From the IMG/VR virus record IMGVR_UViG_3300025141_012107: a stretch of 64,000 bases of DNA; one strand, 5' to 3'. The notes under the pieces were generated by a model. It was not told the DNA's origin. It ran no database searches and worked only from the letters and a program-made list of their open reading frames with translations. Of this stretch, positions 39,088 through 49,558 are shown one piece after another; the stretch's first letter is position 1; each line of letters begins with the position of its first letter. Origin of the DNA: an uncultured virus (IMG/VR IMGVR_UViG_3300025141_012107). Lineage: Duplodnaviria; Heunggongvirae; Uroviricota; Caudoviricetes. Made by a program: the position numbers and the translations under genes.

Positions 39088-40850
39088 GTATACACAATAT
39101 CGCTTAATGAGGTATAGTCATACCAAATCCCGCTCGCATCTCTTTGACGATAACGAACATAATATTCTTGACCCCTTACTAGATACTCATCATCCTGACT
39201 TATGTATCTTACTCTTTTGCCAACAAAACCAGACTGCACCCCACCTGCTGGCATGTCGATAAACTCGTCGTCGTCTTCCTCTACCATCCACCCTTCTTGC
39301 GACGAAAGGTTATTTACAGTGACAGTAATATCCGAAAAGTCCGATTCGGTGGAAATATCAATCTGGAAATGGTAGTTCGTAAACGCAACTGCTTCGTCCG
39401 TGATCGTAAACTCAAAATCCCAGAACCCTTCGTCCAAGACATTAGCAGATGAGATGTTGGAAAAAGCTTCATTCAGATTTTTCAGCAGAACGCTAACTTT
39501 GAATTCACGATCTGTCAAATATTCATCCAACGTCTTAAATAGACTTGTGATACTTTCTGTCTTGAAGAAATTGACAGGGAATCTGAAAAAAGCCCCAGCA
39601 AATGGGTTGAACAATGCAGTTATTCTTTCCGAATTATTGTGACCAATCAAATCATTGACTCTTGACATCATATCAACTGCCGTGGCAACATCTGTTGAAG
39701 AAACAACCGTATTCCTCACATTTGATATGGCATCAGATCTTACATTCATATATGCTACAGAACGTGCAAAGTCTCCAGATATCAACCTCCACATTTCGTC
39801 TTCGCCTATCTTTGTTTCATCTTCAGCAACTGCATCAGGTTTTGGGAAGTCGAACGTTACCAACGGATCCCCGAAGAACGCTAGTGTCCAATCAACGTGA
39901 GGAACGCTGAATATATACGCCTCGCCAATTGTCGCTCCTCTTCGCAAAGCTTCAAAGAAAGGTTTAGGTCTAAGAAACCCGTCTATCGTTGGATCAGACA
40001 TAGCTCCAGCCAACCCACTGTATCCGGCAGATATAGCCAACGGAACCCATCGTCCTTCTGTTGTGGATCTAACCAAACCGGCAGCGTCATAATCTGCATT
40101 ATAGAAAAACGCACGCTTCGTATTGGTTACCCTAAAGAACGAAGAAGTAGTTCTGTCAGTAAACCACGACCACACAAACGAATCTCCCTCAACCGAAGGA
40201 AGGACGGAATCAAAGTATGGATCTATAAATTGGGTTGTAAAGACATCAAGATTAAGACTGCCAAGAGTTGAGTTTAGGAATCCCACCAGATCATCAGTAT
40301 ATCTATCCGCATCAGGCCCTGCTCGATCAGAGTATGGATCAATGTAGAATTTTCCGTTGACGATAACCTGTTTAGAAAGTTTATCTCCTTGATTCATCAT
40401 GTTGACTACGGCGGCACTATTGGGGCCATCCATTCTTGCTGTAATCAAGCCAAAGTCAGCATCATCTCCGTCGTATCTGGCGAAGATCTGTCGGTTATAC
40501 AAATAGTTTTCTGTTTTCTTGGAGAACGTGTGGTTAATTCTAGAGATTCGAGAGGAAGCAGATATGATGTCTGTCCCCTCCATAAACCCGCCAGGTACGG
40601 TGAAACCCAGAATAATAACCCAAATAGTTCTGTTTGAAAGCGGGGCAGTAGCTAGAGCGGTCTTCAGAGGCGTCAGAACTTGGGTATTAAATTCATCCTC
40701 ATCGTTCAGTATATCTACATCAGAACAAGGGACGCCTACTAGCTGCTCGTCAGCTAAGCCATGAATTGTTTGGTATCTATTGGCAATATCCAGACTAGCA
40801 CCATCGCCAGACCGGTAAACAAAGACTACATTTTCACTTGATAACGCCAT
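39084..40850 (-). CDS. TIGR03790-like protein with C-terminal beta-sandwich
   Basis: NVVFVY..S..IA..Y, ARMDGP, GATIGEAY..S....W.....GDPL. Confidence 0.65.
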   Translation of the reverse strand: MALSSENVVFVYRSGDGASLDIANRYQTIHGLADEQLVGVPCSDVDILNDEDEFNTQVLTPLKTALATAPLSNRTIWVIILGFTVPGGFMEGTDIISASSRISRINHTFSKKTENYLYNRQIFARYDGDDADFGLITARMDGPNSAAVVNMMNQGDKLSKQVIVNGKFYIDPYSDRAGPDADRYTDDLVGFLNSTLGSLNLDVFTTQFIDPYFDSVLPSVEGDSFVWSWFTDRTTSSFFRVTNTKRAFFYNADYDAAGLVRSTTEGRWVPLAISAGYSGLAGAMSDPTIDGFLRPKPFFEALRRGATIGEAYIFSVPHVDWTLAFFGDPLVTFDFPKPDAVAEDETKIGEDEMWRLISGDFARSVAYMNVRSDAISNVRNTVVSSTDVATAVDMMSRVNDLIGHNNSERITALFNPFAGAFFRFPVNFFKTESITSLFKTLDEYLTDREFKVSVLLKNLNEAFSNISSANVLDEGFWDFEFTITDEAVAFTNYHFQIDISTESDFSDITVTVNNLSSQEGWMVEEDDDEFIDMPAGGVQSGFVGKRVRYISQDDEYLVRGQEYYVRYRQRDASGIWYDYTSLSDIVYT

Positions 40851-40893
40851 CCCTTTACATTATCGTCAGATGGCGTTTTTACCTTCCCGAAAG

Positions 40894-41397
40894 TCAGGTT
40901 CCGGTAGATCCCAAACCAGCCTCGCCTCGCTGGGAATCTTCCAGTTCACTAACAACCATGATATTGAAATGCTCGGTTTTCCTCATAAGGATTTGACCGC
41001 ACCTGTCGCCAGATTTGTATAAATCATACTTGAACTTCATCCATGAACAATCGACATCAGTAAGATACTTGTCGGGCATGAATCCCAAAAAGTCTATTAG
41101 CTGGTATCGAAAAAGGATATCGCCCCTATATCCTTCGTCAACCAATCCTATGGAATTGCACAGCAACAAATCCTTCTTGGAATTGCTTGACCTTGGCATG
41201 ATTTCAGTATGGTATCCAGGTGGCGGCTCTATTGCCCACCCAGTGCTATACTCTATGTAAAGAAGTTTTCCATTTACAAATTTGAACTTACCATCATCGA
41301 TAGCATACATATCGTACGCTGCATCTTCTCCGGGATGTCCTTGGGTTGGTGCAATCGCTCTTCCATCAAGCATCTTCATCTTCAAAACAGGCTTCAT
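40894..41397 (-). CDS. dut: Trimeric dUTPase
   Basis: AAYDMYA, PRSS, NSIGLVDEGYRG, GDRCGQ, RGEAGLGSTG motifs. Confidence 0.95.
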   Translation of the reverse strand: MKPVLKMKMLDGRAIAPTQGHPGEDAAYDMYAIDDGKFKFVNGKLLYIEYSTGWAIEPPPGYHTEIMPRSSNSKKDLLLCNSIGLVDEGYRGDILFRYQLIDFLGFMPDKYLTDVDCSWMKFKYDLYKSGDRCGQILMRKTEHFNIMVVSELEDSQRGEAGLGSTGT

Positions 41398-41418
41398 CTT
41401 TCTCTCCTTCGAATTGTA

Positions 41419-44400
41419 TTAGAGACATTTGCTCCAGCCGCAGGATTTACAAGTAGAGCAACCTTGGTTTCTTTCTAAAGCTCCACCGCAAGTTGGACAT
41501 TCCTCTCCCGTCACCGAAGTTCCATCTTCAACGTACTTTTTCAAAACTCTTGCCAAAGCTTTGGCTGGCGACTGAAGGTCACCTCTTGTCTTCTCAAGTT
41601 GATGGACAACAAACGCCACGTCAGCACCGTGCCTAAGGCTTGTCGATATCATCCTTGTCAGCGATTCTTCTTCTTCAGTACAGAATTCGCCTACGTTTTC
41701 TACTTCAACTTCGGTATCATGGTCACGGAATATACCTCGATACTTACCTCTACCTACTCTAGACATCTTTCCTTGAAGAATGGCGTTCCTTTTATGGAAC
41801 CCGTTCTTACCAATAAAGATTTCGTATGGATCGGAACCAAGTAATCCGACAACGATCAAATACAATTGTCCGGTCACTCTGGTAAAATGAAGTTCTGCGT
41901 CAAGATCTTCAGGTCGTTTGGGAGCAACAGTCTTCGTAATGTGGTTTCCATTTCTTTCGTCTTCTTTTTTGTCTTCAACCAACACGCCAGTACGACAATT
42001 CTTACGATACACAGTAATGCCTTTGCATCCTTGTTTCCATGCAGTCTCATAAATCTCGGCTACTTGTTCAACCTCAACGTCTTCGGGAAGATTGATCGTA
42101 CTACTAATGGAATGATCAACATGTCTAGTAGCGGTTGCTTGCAGATGGACCCTTTGTTTCCAATTTATATCTTCGGCGCAATGCCCAAACCATGGGGATT
42201 CTTCTACATTGTCTTTGCCGGTGACTTCCATCCATTTCTGTATTTGCGGATGGTAAACCGTAAACTCTTCCCAACAATCTCCGTTAGGATCAGTGAAGTC
42301 AACTCTCACGTTTTCATCATTGGGGTTGATCTTCTTGCGCCTCTTGTATCCGATCATGAACAGAGGCTCAATGCCAGAAGTTGTTCTTGTAAGAATACTA
42401 ACGCTTCCTGCCGGGGCGGTTGTTAGGATAGCGATATTGCGACGACCGTATCGCTTCATATCTTCGTACAGTTTGGGATCTTCGTCCTTAATTCGGCGAA
42501 GGAAAGGATTGCTCTTTTCAAACTCATGGTCCCAGATTGGGAAAGGTCCCAACTCTTTAGCCATATCAACAGAACTTCTATAGCACCCTAGTTTCAAAGT
42601 GCGATAAATTTCGTCTACGACTTCAATACACTTCTTGCTACCATAGGCATATCCCATAGCCGCAATTGTATCGCCAAGCCCAGTAATGCCTGTTCCCGTT
42701 CTTCGTCCCTGCTCGCACTTCGTACGTATGCCTTCCCATAATTCCAGTTCTCTCTGTCTGACATGAGCAGGTTCAGGATCGTTTTTGATCTTGGATATGA
42801 TGCTGTTAACTTTCTCCAATTCGAGATCAACCATATCGTCCATAAGACGTTGGATAATCTGAGCATGTTTGGAAAATAACTCAAAATCAAAGTAAGCTTT
42901 TCTTGTAAACGGATGAACAACATAGTTCAACAGGTTAAACAACATCAAACGACAAGAGTCATTGGCACACAATGTTAATTCGCTGCACGGATTTGTGCTG
43001 ATTGTCATGAAACCAAAATCAGCGTAACAATCGGCTGGGGACTCTCGCAGGATATTGTCCCAGAACAATAAACCTGGCTCAGCCATAGCGTGAGCGTTTT
43101 CAACAATCTTCATCCAAACTTCTTTTGCATTTACTTTCTGAACGATGGTTGGTTTTTCTGCATCGATTGGCCATCTCTGTTCATATTCTTGGTCATTTTC
43201 AACAGCTTTCAAAAACTCGTCCGACAAACGTACTGAGATATTAGCTCCCGTTACTCTTTGAAGGTCTTTCTTAACATTTGCAAAATCCAGAATTTCAGGA
43301 TGATGCACAGATAGAGTCACCATCAAAGCGCCACGACGACCCGCTTGCCCAACTTCACGTATGGAGTTGGAATACCTTTCCAAGAAGGGGATAATGCCTG
43401 TCGAGGTTCTGGCTGCGTTGCGAGTAGCTGAGCCACTGGGGCGTAAATGAGAGATGTCCATCCCGGTTCCACCACGACGCTTGGATATTTGTACAAGATG
43501 CTCGTCTGCTCTTGCAATATCTCCATAGCTGTCTAAAGGAGAGTCAACAACGTAGCAGTTCAGGCTGACAAGGCCCTCTACAGGGTATGAATGATGGTTC
43601 TCTACCCCAATAGTGTATACATATTTAGGAGAAGATGTATTTAGAGTCTTAGAATCTATGCGAACAAACTTCCGTCCTCCTATGTCTTTTACATGCCATT
43701 CTACCTCTTCTTTCTCGGATAGCGAATGTATCCTGTTGTCGTCGTAATGTTTTAGACTAGAAGATATAAAACTAGAGCATTTTGGGAAATCCAGACGAGC
43801 ATAATAATTCTTCGCCAACTCAACATTAACACTTCTAGTTATGCCAATTGGTATATTGAAACTACGAAGAAGATGGTAGAAAGATTCAACCAATCCATGA
43901 TTAGAAAGAACCACTCTCAAATCGCCATCTTTTGTTATAGTCCCATCAGAGTCTATCAAGCCTTGTGTAAGTGCGAGTACGAGTTCCTTGCTCCAGGTGA
44001 ACATAGTATCATATATTTTTTTACCTTCCGATTTTCTTCCGAACAATTTTTCAAAAGCCATACCGATTAACGTGGAATGATAGACTATTTGCACGGTCCC
44101 ATCTATGTGCTCGTTGTTATTGACATCCGGTTTAATGCCGAATATCTTTTCACCATACGTTGTTACATAGTCGATGATTTCTTTTTCATCTGATCCAAAT
44201 GTAAAAGTTATACCTCTCACTTTGGGTTCTGTAGTATGTTTTCTATTTCGCAGACCCTTAGCACCGTAATTATCAAAAACGCAACCGTCGCCATACCAGA
44301 GGCCGACAAAATAAGCAAAATGTTCATCTACTGTCCAAACAGACTTTACCGCTTGATGGGATCTTGTTAACAATTTCGTAGTTTGTTTAGTTCGATATTG

Positions 44401-45231
44401 AGTGGCAAGTTGAATAGACGAATCGTCTCTACTAACTGTATAAATATGCTCTCCCCTTTGGTGCATATCTTCTGGAAAAAGTTCATTCAGATCAATACTG
44501 GGGGTTTCGTTATCCCAGTCAGAGTCATGATCGGGTATGGCGATATAATCACCTTCTCGGAGATATTCAACAGAATTCCACTGAGGTTCTTCTTCCCATT
44601 TTTCTTGTTCACTGGATAGGGATAGGAATTTATGATTATCCGTAACTGTTACGTTAGGAGTACGAAAGCATTTCAAATCAAACATACGCCTGTTTCCGAG
44701 CAAGTTCTTATGCACTTGGGAAACCAACTCAAATGTACCATTGTGAGTAACAACCCTATCCCCCACACATACACCTTCTATGTTCTTAACACCATTGTCA
44801 GTCAAAACTCTCGTTCCTGGAGAAAAGCAATTGGATAGGGTAATAAATTGATGATTATTCCCAATCCCATACATCGGACTGCCTTGGGGAACGACGTATT
44901 TGAAATGATCTAGATAGTTGAATATATCTTGAGCGGAAAGGGGTTCTTTGAACTTACCGGCCTCGATACGGGCGAATTCGTTGGCCAGACGCCAATGCAT
45001 CTGATCGGGAGTTTCTTCTAGAAGATTCTTTTCATTGTCTCTGAGAGCGTACTTGTCAAGGAATACTTTTGCGGCTAAATCGTCGCCGTCAAAGTAGTCC
45101 GTGCATTTCTCTAATGATTGATCGTAGTCGTAAAATACGGATTCGGAAACTGGTTTCTCGCCATTATCTTCCTGTTCTTTGGTTTTCTCTATCGTTACTG
45201 ATTCAGGGGGCATCCCTTTCTCCTCTCCCAA
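41419..45231 (-). CDS. nrdJ: Class II (B12-dependent) ribonucleotide reductase with intein
   Basis: LSN|C..., GRRGALM, TNPCSE, TTAPAGS, SGIEP, KGITVYR, C-terminal TSCPD-like and CxxC Zn finger; no NrdB nearby. Confidence 0.9.
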   Translation of the reverse strand: MGEEKGMPPESVTIEKTKEQEDNGEKPVSESVFYDYDQSLEKCTDYFDGDDLAAKVFLDKYALRDNEKNLLEETPDQMHWRLANEFARIEAGKFKEPLSAQDIFNYLDHFKYVVPQGSPMYGIGNNHQFITLSNCFSPGTRVLTDNGVKNIEGVCVGDRVVTHNGTFELVSQVHKNLLGNRRMFDLKCFRTPNVTVTDNHKFLSLSSEQEKWEEEPQWNSVEYLREGDYIAIPDHDSDWDNETPSIDLNELFPEDMHQRGEHIYTVSRDDSSIQLATQYRTKQTTKLLTRSHQAVKSVWTVDEHFAYFVGLWYGDGCVFDNYGAKGLRNRKHTTEPKVRGITFTFGSDEKEIIDYVTTYGEKIFGIKPDVNNNEHIDGTVQIVYHSTLIGMAFEKLFGRKSEGKKIYDTMFTWSKELVLALTQGLIDSDGTITKDGDLRVVLSNHGLVESFYHLLRSFNIPIGITRSVNVELAKNYYARLDFPKCSSFISSSLKHYDDNRIHSLSEKEEVEWHVKDIGGRKFVRIDSKTLNTSSPKYVYTIGVENHHSYPVEGLVSLNCYVVDSPLDSYGDIARADEHLVQISKRRGGTGMDISHLRPSGSATRNAARTSTGIIPFLERYSNSIREVGQAGRRGALMVTLSVHHPEILDFANVKKDLQRVTGANISVRLSDEFLKAVENDQEYEQRWPIDAEKPTIVQKVNAKEVWMKIVENAHAMAEPGLLFWDNILRESPADCYADFGFMTISTNPCSELTLCANDSCRLMLFNLLNYVVHPFTRKAYFDFELFSKHAQIIQRLMDDMVDLELEKVNSIISKIKNDPEPAHVRQRELELWEGIRTKCEQGRRTGTGITGLGDTIAAMGYAYGSKKCIEVVDEIYRTLKLGCYRSSVDMAKELGPFPIWDHEFEKSNPFLRRIKDEDPKLYEDMKRYGRRNIAILTTAPAGSVSILTRTTSGIEPLFMIGYKRRKKINPNDENVRVDFTDPNGDCWEEFTVYHPQIQKWMEVTGKDNVEESPWFGHCAEDINWKQRVHLQATATRHVDHSISSTINLPEDVEVEQVAEIYETAWKQGCKGITVYRKNCRTGVLVEDKKEDERNGNHITKTVAPKRPEDLDAELHFTRVTGQLYLIVVGLLGSDPYEIFIGKNGFHKRNAILQGKMSRVGRGKYRGIFRDHDTEVEVENVGEFCTEEEESLTRMISTSLRHGADVAFVVHQLEKTRGDLQSPAKALARVLKKYVEDGTSVTGEECPTCGGALERNQGCSTCKSCGWSKCL
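43558..44829 (-). mobile_element. Intein with LAGLIDADG endonuclease (424 aa) in RNR
   Basis: Starts CFSPGTRV, VTDNHKF, VGLWYGDG and QGLIDSDG, ends LVSLN followed by Cys. Confidence 0.92.
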
Positions 45232-45393
45232 TGAATTGCCTAAAGACTATCGGTTAAGCTTACTCACATTACTTAGGCAATCACATCTTCCTCCTGCCTT
45301 AAATCGGGAAAACATTTCTTGTCTTGTAAGATGTTGGTCAGCATCAATTTCGCATCAATTCCGCATAAGAATATTCTTGCCAATCCGAAGCGA

Positions 45394-46113
45394 TTACTTG
45401 CTTCTGTTGACAATTTTCTTATGCAACATCGCACGAGGATAGGCTTTCTCGCCTCCTATTTCGTCCAATGCTTCTTCTAAAGTATAACAATCATCGAACA
45501 CTTTGCTGGGAGAGCAATTGATGATTTTCTTTTCTTCTGAGAACGTCTTGATCCATTTTAGTCCCTTGCCGCAATTTCTTAAGGTGTGTGGGTAGTGGAA
45601 ATGATTTACGCCATAGAAGTCGGTTTTACCTTCTCTGTAACAACAATCCATGCCTACCAAAACGATGGGATTGCAACCCATTTTGTAAGCTAGTTGAAAG
45701 GCCAGAGGCCCGGTTGACCCCCGGCCATGCAAAACGGCTGGATGAGTAGGAATCTTATAGTCGCCAACTGTTAATCTATAATGATAGAAACGACCTTGGG
45801 TCTCTGCGTTTTCACGACAAAACTTAATAGCTTTGGTTCGTACGATATGTTTTTTCTCAGTAATCCAAGTCTGTATATCCTGCCACATGAGTATGGTAGG
45901 ATCTATTCGCATAAAAGCCCGGTTCATCCCTATAGTAAAATGGTCCCCCAAAAGACTGACATCAACGTCGTCTAATGAGGGACCATTCCCGATCAAAAAG
46001 CATGGCACGTCGGTGAAAACGCCATTCCAACGTTTTGCACCCCAGTGATTCCCATACTTGTATGCTCTAACCCTTTTCTTGATCATCAGCGAGTTATCCA
46101 GCCGCCAACGCAA
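45394..46113 (-). CDS. MptE/DUF115-like (glycosyltransferase-like) protein
   Basis: CFLIGNGPSL, TIGMN, ST..AFQLAYKMGCNPIVLVGMD; start uncertain. Confidence 0.75.
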   Translation of the reverse strand: MRWRLDNSLMIKKRVRAYKYGNHWGAKRWNGVFTDVPCFLIGNGPSLDDVDVSLLGDHFTIGMNRAFMRIDPTILMWQDIQTWITEKKHIVRTKAIKFCRENAETQGRFYHYRLTVGDYKIPTHPAVLHGRGSTGPLAFQLAYKMGCNPIVLVGMDCCYREGKTDFYGVNHFHYPHTLRNCGKGLKWIKTFSEEKKIINCSPSKVFDDCYTLEEALDEIGGEKAYPRAMLHKKIVNRSK

Positions 46114-46705
46114 GCTGCATACCTCGCATCAACTTAACGTCGCTGTCTCTCAAGAATTTCATCCACTCGTCAGGCATACTTCTCAACCTTCGAGCAAACA
46201 AAGGACTCCAAGAAGGCTTGAAAGGCTTACGAATAAGCTTCAATCCCATCTCTTCGGGAGTTTTATCTCCCTTTGCGTGGTTTAGACGTTTACTGGTCCA
46301 AACAACGTTCTGCCAGTCGTTTCCTCCGCCCCTGGACGTTGGGACGACATGGTCAACAGAACCATCTCTAATAGGAAAGATGTCTCCCGTATACTGGCAT
46401 ACACGGTCTCGCAAGTAGACGTTCCTCTTCGAGTACTGAATCTCGTAGATAGGAATGTCTCGGTAATTGATAGCCATGGCCACCTTAGGAGCCCTGGCCT
46501 TCCTGTCTCTGGTCAGACGAATGAAGGTTTTATCTCCGACCGGAAGAGTTTCCCATGTCTCCCAATCGTAGGTAGTGTAATTATCCTCATCAACGAATTG
46601 CATAGTGCCGATGAAAACTTTGGTAATTACGTCTTCAACGTTCATGACAGTTACAGGTGTGAAGTTTCTGTTCAGAATCAATACCGGATCTTGCAATACA
46701 GACAT
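46094..46705 (-). CDS. HNH endonuclease (McrA-like)
   Basis: VLILN, RNVYLRD..CQYTG, SVDHVVPTSRGG..W.NVV, N..KGDKTP. Confidence 0.9.
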   Translation of the reverse strand: MSVLQDPVLILNRNFTPVTVMNVEDVITKVFIGTMQFVDEDNYTTYDWETWETLPVGDKTFIRLTRDRKARAPKVAMAINYRDIPIYEIQYSKRNVYLRDRVCQYTGDIFPIRDGSVDHVVPTSRGGGNDWQNVVWTSKRLNHAKGDKTPEEMGLKLIRKPFKPSWSPLFARRLRSMPDEWMKFLRDSDVKLMRGMQLALAAG

Positions 46706-46733
46706 TTTACTACTCCATTTCTCAAGGTTCCCC

Positions 46734-47249
46734 TTACAAATATTTGTTCCATTCGCTAATCATCCTTGGATTGATGTCAACGAACCTGATGTCAATTAGA
46801 TGGGTGTAGTTTTTAGCTATCCCCATCATTATCCTTGCTACCGAACTTGCCTCTAATCCTCCGATGCCAGTCCCCAACCCAGGAAAAGCAATACTTTCCA
46901 TCTCATCTTTAATCGCTTGGTTCAACACTTTTCGCATTGCCTTGTCTACAATATCAAGACTGGTAAAGCCTCCGGGGTATTTCATCGTTACCGCATGGTA
47001 CACCCTTTTTACCCCTCGTCTTTTTAGCCGATGAGGTTCAGTCGAGTAACAGTCTCCTGGTTCGAACGGCTTACCATGAACATCTACCTTGCCTTTTGCT
47101 TCTCTGCGAAAATTCTGCCCTCCTGCTTCGGCTATCGCTCCTGCCGCACCGGCTCCCATTATACCAACCCCATTCGCTGGACTGACTAAAGCGTCGGTCT
47201 TGGGTTTGGTAATATTTGCTTTATCGCCTTCAACGATTTTAATCGCCAT
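46734..47249 (-). CDS. Macro domain protein (ADP-ribose binding/hydrolase)
   Basis: IVEGD, DALVSPAN..MGAGAAGAI, YHAVT, SIAFPGLGTGIGG; start at MAIKIV with GGGAG RBS. Confidence 0.9.
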   Translation of the reverse strand: MAIKIVEGDKANITKPKTDALVSPANGVGIMGAGAAGAIAEAGGQNFRREAKGKVDVHGKPFEPGDCYSTEPHRLKRRGVKRVYHAVTMKYPGGFTSLDIVDKAMRKVLNQAIKDEMESIAFPGLGTGIGGLEASSVARIMMGIAKNYTHLIDIRFVDINPRMISEWNKYL

Positions 47250-47292
47250 GCCGGTCTCCCAATTGTTTATAGGATATCGAGAGAAAAGGCAC

Positions 47293-48138
47293 TTAATACG
47301 GCTGTTCTGCGCCTGTCTGGTCTTCAAAGATGCGCATAACATCCGTCCCGAAATAATCGGGGTTGCGCTCTATCTTATTTCGCAACCTTGAAAGGATATC
47401 TTTGTGCATCTGACTAACCCTCGACTCTGAGAGATTTACCTTATCAGCTACCTGACCCATTGTCAGGGATTCATAATAGTAATAGTAAACGATTTTTTGT
47501 TCAACCCTAGAAAAGCTTTTTCCCATTAATTTTGAGAAAAATTCTCGCCTCATCAGACCATTTCCGGGCATTTCCGTATGAGTGTCCTTGAGCATATCGT
47601 TGTAATCCGAATGTCCCTCCCCCATACCCTCGCTCCCAGCTTCCTGAGAATGATTGTTGGAATGATCAAGACTAGCGACATAAACAGAAGAAAACTTCTT
47701 CAAACTATGATTGAGATTCTTATCCTCGATCCCCATCTTTCTAAGAACTTCGATGTCGGATACAAACTCTCCACTTTCCGTTTGCATATGCTGCTTGGTT
47801 CTTTCGAACACGGATATATTCATTCTAACCGTACGAGGAACGATATCCTCCCGCCTCAATCCATCGATCATGGCACCTTTGATTCTAGGACGGGCATAGA
47901 TTTCGAACTTGACGTTGCGATCAGGGTCGTAGCCATCGATGGCATTGTATAGACCGTCTACTCCGAATGAAGCCAGTTCAGTAGGATGGACTTTCCATCT
48001 CATTTTGGCCGCAAGTTTACCAGCTATCTTCTGGACATAGTTAAAGTAAAAGTCAACCAATTGCTGTTTGACTTTATCGTTCCTGGTCTCAAAATGCTGA
48101 TCCCATAGCTGTTCAATTGAAACTTCAGTTTTCACCAT
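47293..48138 (-). CDS. RNA polymerase sigma factor, FliA/WhiG (sigma28) family
   Basis: GLYNAID.YDPDRNVKFE.YA..RIKGAMIDGLRREDIVPR region 2; YYYE.LTM.QVA...NLSESRVSQMH region 4; start at MVKTEV with GGAG RBS. Confidence 0.92.
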   Translation of the reverse strand: MVKTEVSIEQLWDQHFETRNDKVKQQLVDFYFNYVQKIAGKLAAKMRWKVHPTELASFGVDGLYNAIDGYDPDRNVKFEIYARPRIKGAMIDGLRREDIVPRTVRMNISVFERTKQHMQTESGEFVSDIEVLRKMGIEDKNLNHSLKKFSSVYVASLDHSNNHSQEAGSEGMGEGHSDYNDMLKDTHTEMPGNGLMRREFFSKLMGKSFSRVEQKIVYYYYYESLTMGQVADKVNLSESRVSQMHKDILSRLRNKIERNPDYFGTDVMRIFEDQTGAEQPY

Positions 48139-48234
48139 TGTCTCTCCCTTCCATCCACACACACTAGCACCGATATAAACACTATCGGTTTTATGGGCGA
48201 AATATGTCAAGGTTTTTAGTTGAAAAAAAATAGC

Positions 48235-48263
48235 TTGGCATCCTCTCCCATTTCTGGTATACT
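48235..48263 (+). promoter_or_regulatory. sigma70-type promoter for pncB-nadE
   Basis: TTGGCA-N17-TATACT. Confidence 0.65.
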
Positions 48264-48355
48264 CCCGTTGGATACATGGAGTTCGCCAGCCATTAATTTA
48301 GTCCCAAATGGCAGGATTCCTTTGATAAACTTAGGTTTTTTCAGGAGTTGCGACT

Positions 48356-49558
48356 ATGGCGATCATCCAGAGCATCATTGATGACGACCTGTATAAACTG
48401 TCGATGCAGGCGGCTATCATGGCCCTTTACCCCAGAAACAAGGTTCGGTACAGGCTGTTCCTTAGAGACGACGTAGAATTCCCGGATGGGTTCGCAGCAG
48501 CACTCAGAGAAGAAGTCAACGCCATTGCGAAACTCGCATTGACTGATGATGAGAAACATTTCCTTTCTTTGTCATGTCCGTATTTTCCGCCGCCGTACCT
48601 TGACTTCCTTCATGGGTACAGGCACGATCCCAACGAAGTCAAGATTTCCCAGAGCGATGGAAAACTCTCGGTAGAAATCGAAGGCTACTGGTATCGAACG
48701 GTTCTTTGGGAAGTTAAGCTCATGGCTTTGATCAGCGAGTTGTATTTTGATCTCATTGGCGGCGACATCAAAATGACAAGGAATTGCATTGACGGACCCG
48801 GCTTCTGGAAAGAACGTGCCGAAGACAAAGGTACGATCATTTACGACAACCAACTTCGTACCGCCGAGTTCGGTTCCCGCCGACGACGCTCATTCCGATG
48901 CCAAGACATTGTTGTCGAGAATCTCAAAAAGATGTCTGGAGAATACTTGATCGGGACATCCAATGTTTATCTCGCAATGAAGCATGGGTTGAAAGCCATT
49001 GGAACGCAGGCTCATGAATGGTACATGTTCCATGCCGCTAAGTACGGCGTCCTCATGGCTAACTCAATGGGCATGGGGAAATGGGTAGACTTCTACCACG
49101 GAAGCTTGGGCATCGCTCTGCCCGATACATTCACGACTCAAGAATTCTTGCGAGTCTTTGATGGGTTCTACGCCAAGCTGTTCGATGGGACTCGACAGGA
49201 TTCCGGAGATCCATATGGATACGGCGAGACTATGGTGAAACACTACGAAGGTTTGGGTATCGATCCCATTACCAAATCTGTCGTTTTCAGCGATGGCCTG
49301 ACCCTTACTGAAGCGATTCAGATCAAAAACGTTTTCCACGATCAGGTCAAAGATTCCTACGGTATCGGAACCCATTTTTCCAATGACGTTGGCGTCGTTC
49401 CTTTGAACATGGTGATCAAAATGGTTGGCATACATACCAATGGAGTCTGGGTTCCGACTTGCAAACTCAGCGATACCCCAGGCAAGCATACTGGTGACGA
49501 AGACACGATCAAACTCTACAAAGAAGAGATCCGGAGGATGAATGGTGTCGCCACATGA
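48356..49558 (+). CDS. pncB: Nicotinate phosphoribosyltransferase
   Basis: DDDLYKLSM, EFGSRRR, GTSNV, GTQAHEW, RQDSGDP, VFSDGL, YGIGT, LNMVIK, KLSD.PGK. Confidence 0.95.
   Translation: MAIIQSIIDDDLYKLSMQAAIMALYPRNKVRYRLFLRDDVEFPDGFAAALREEVNAIAKLALTDDEKHFLSLSCPYFPPPYLDFLHGYRHDPNEVKISQSDGKLSVEIEGYWYRTVLWEVKLMALISELYFDLIGGDIKMTRNCIDGPGFWKERAEDKGTIIYDNQLRTAEFGSRRRRSFRCQDIVVENLKKMSGEYLIGTSNVYLAMKHGLKAIGTQAHEWYMFHAAKYGVLMANSMGMGKWVDFYHGSLGIALPDTFTTQEFLRVFDGFYAKLFDGTRQDSGDPYGYGETMVKHYEGLGIDPITKSVVFSDGLTLTEAIQIKNVFHDQVKDSYGIGTHFSNDVGVVPLNMVIKMVGIHTNGVWVPTCKLSDTPGKHTGDEDTIKLYKEEIRRMNGVAT

Noticed and set aside
48264..48355. NAD-related riboswitch in the pncB leader
   Set aside because: Only one short hairpin (GCCATT/AATGGC) is visible; no recognisable aptamer consensus.
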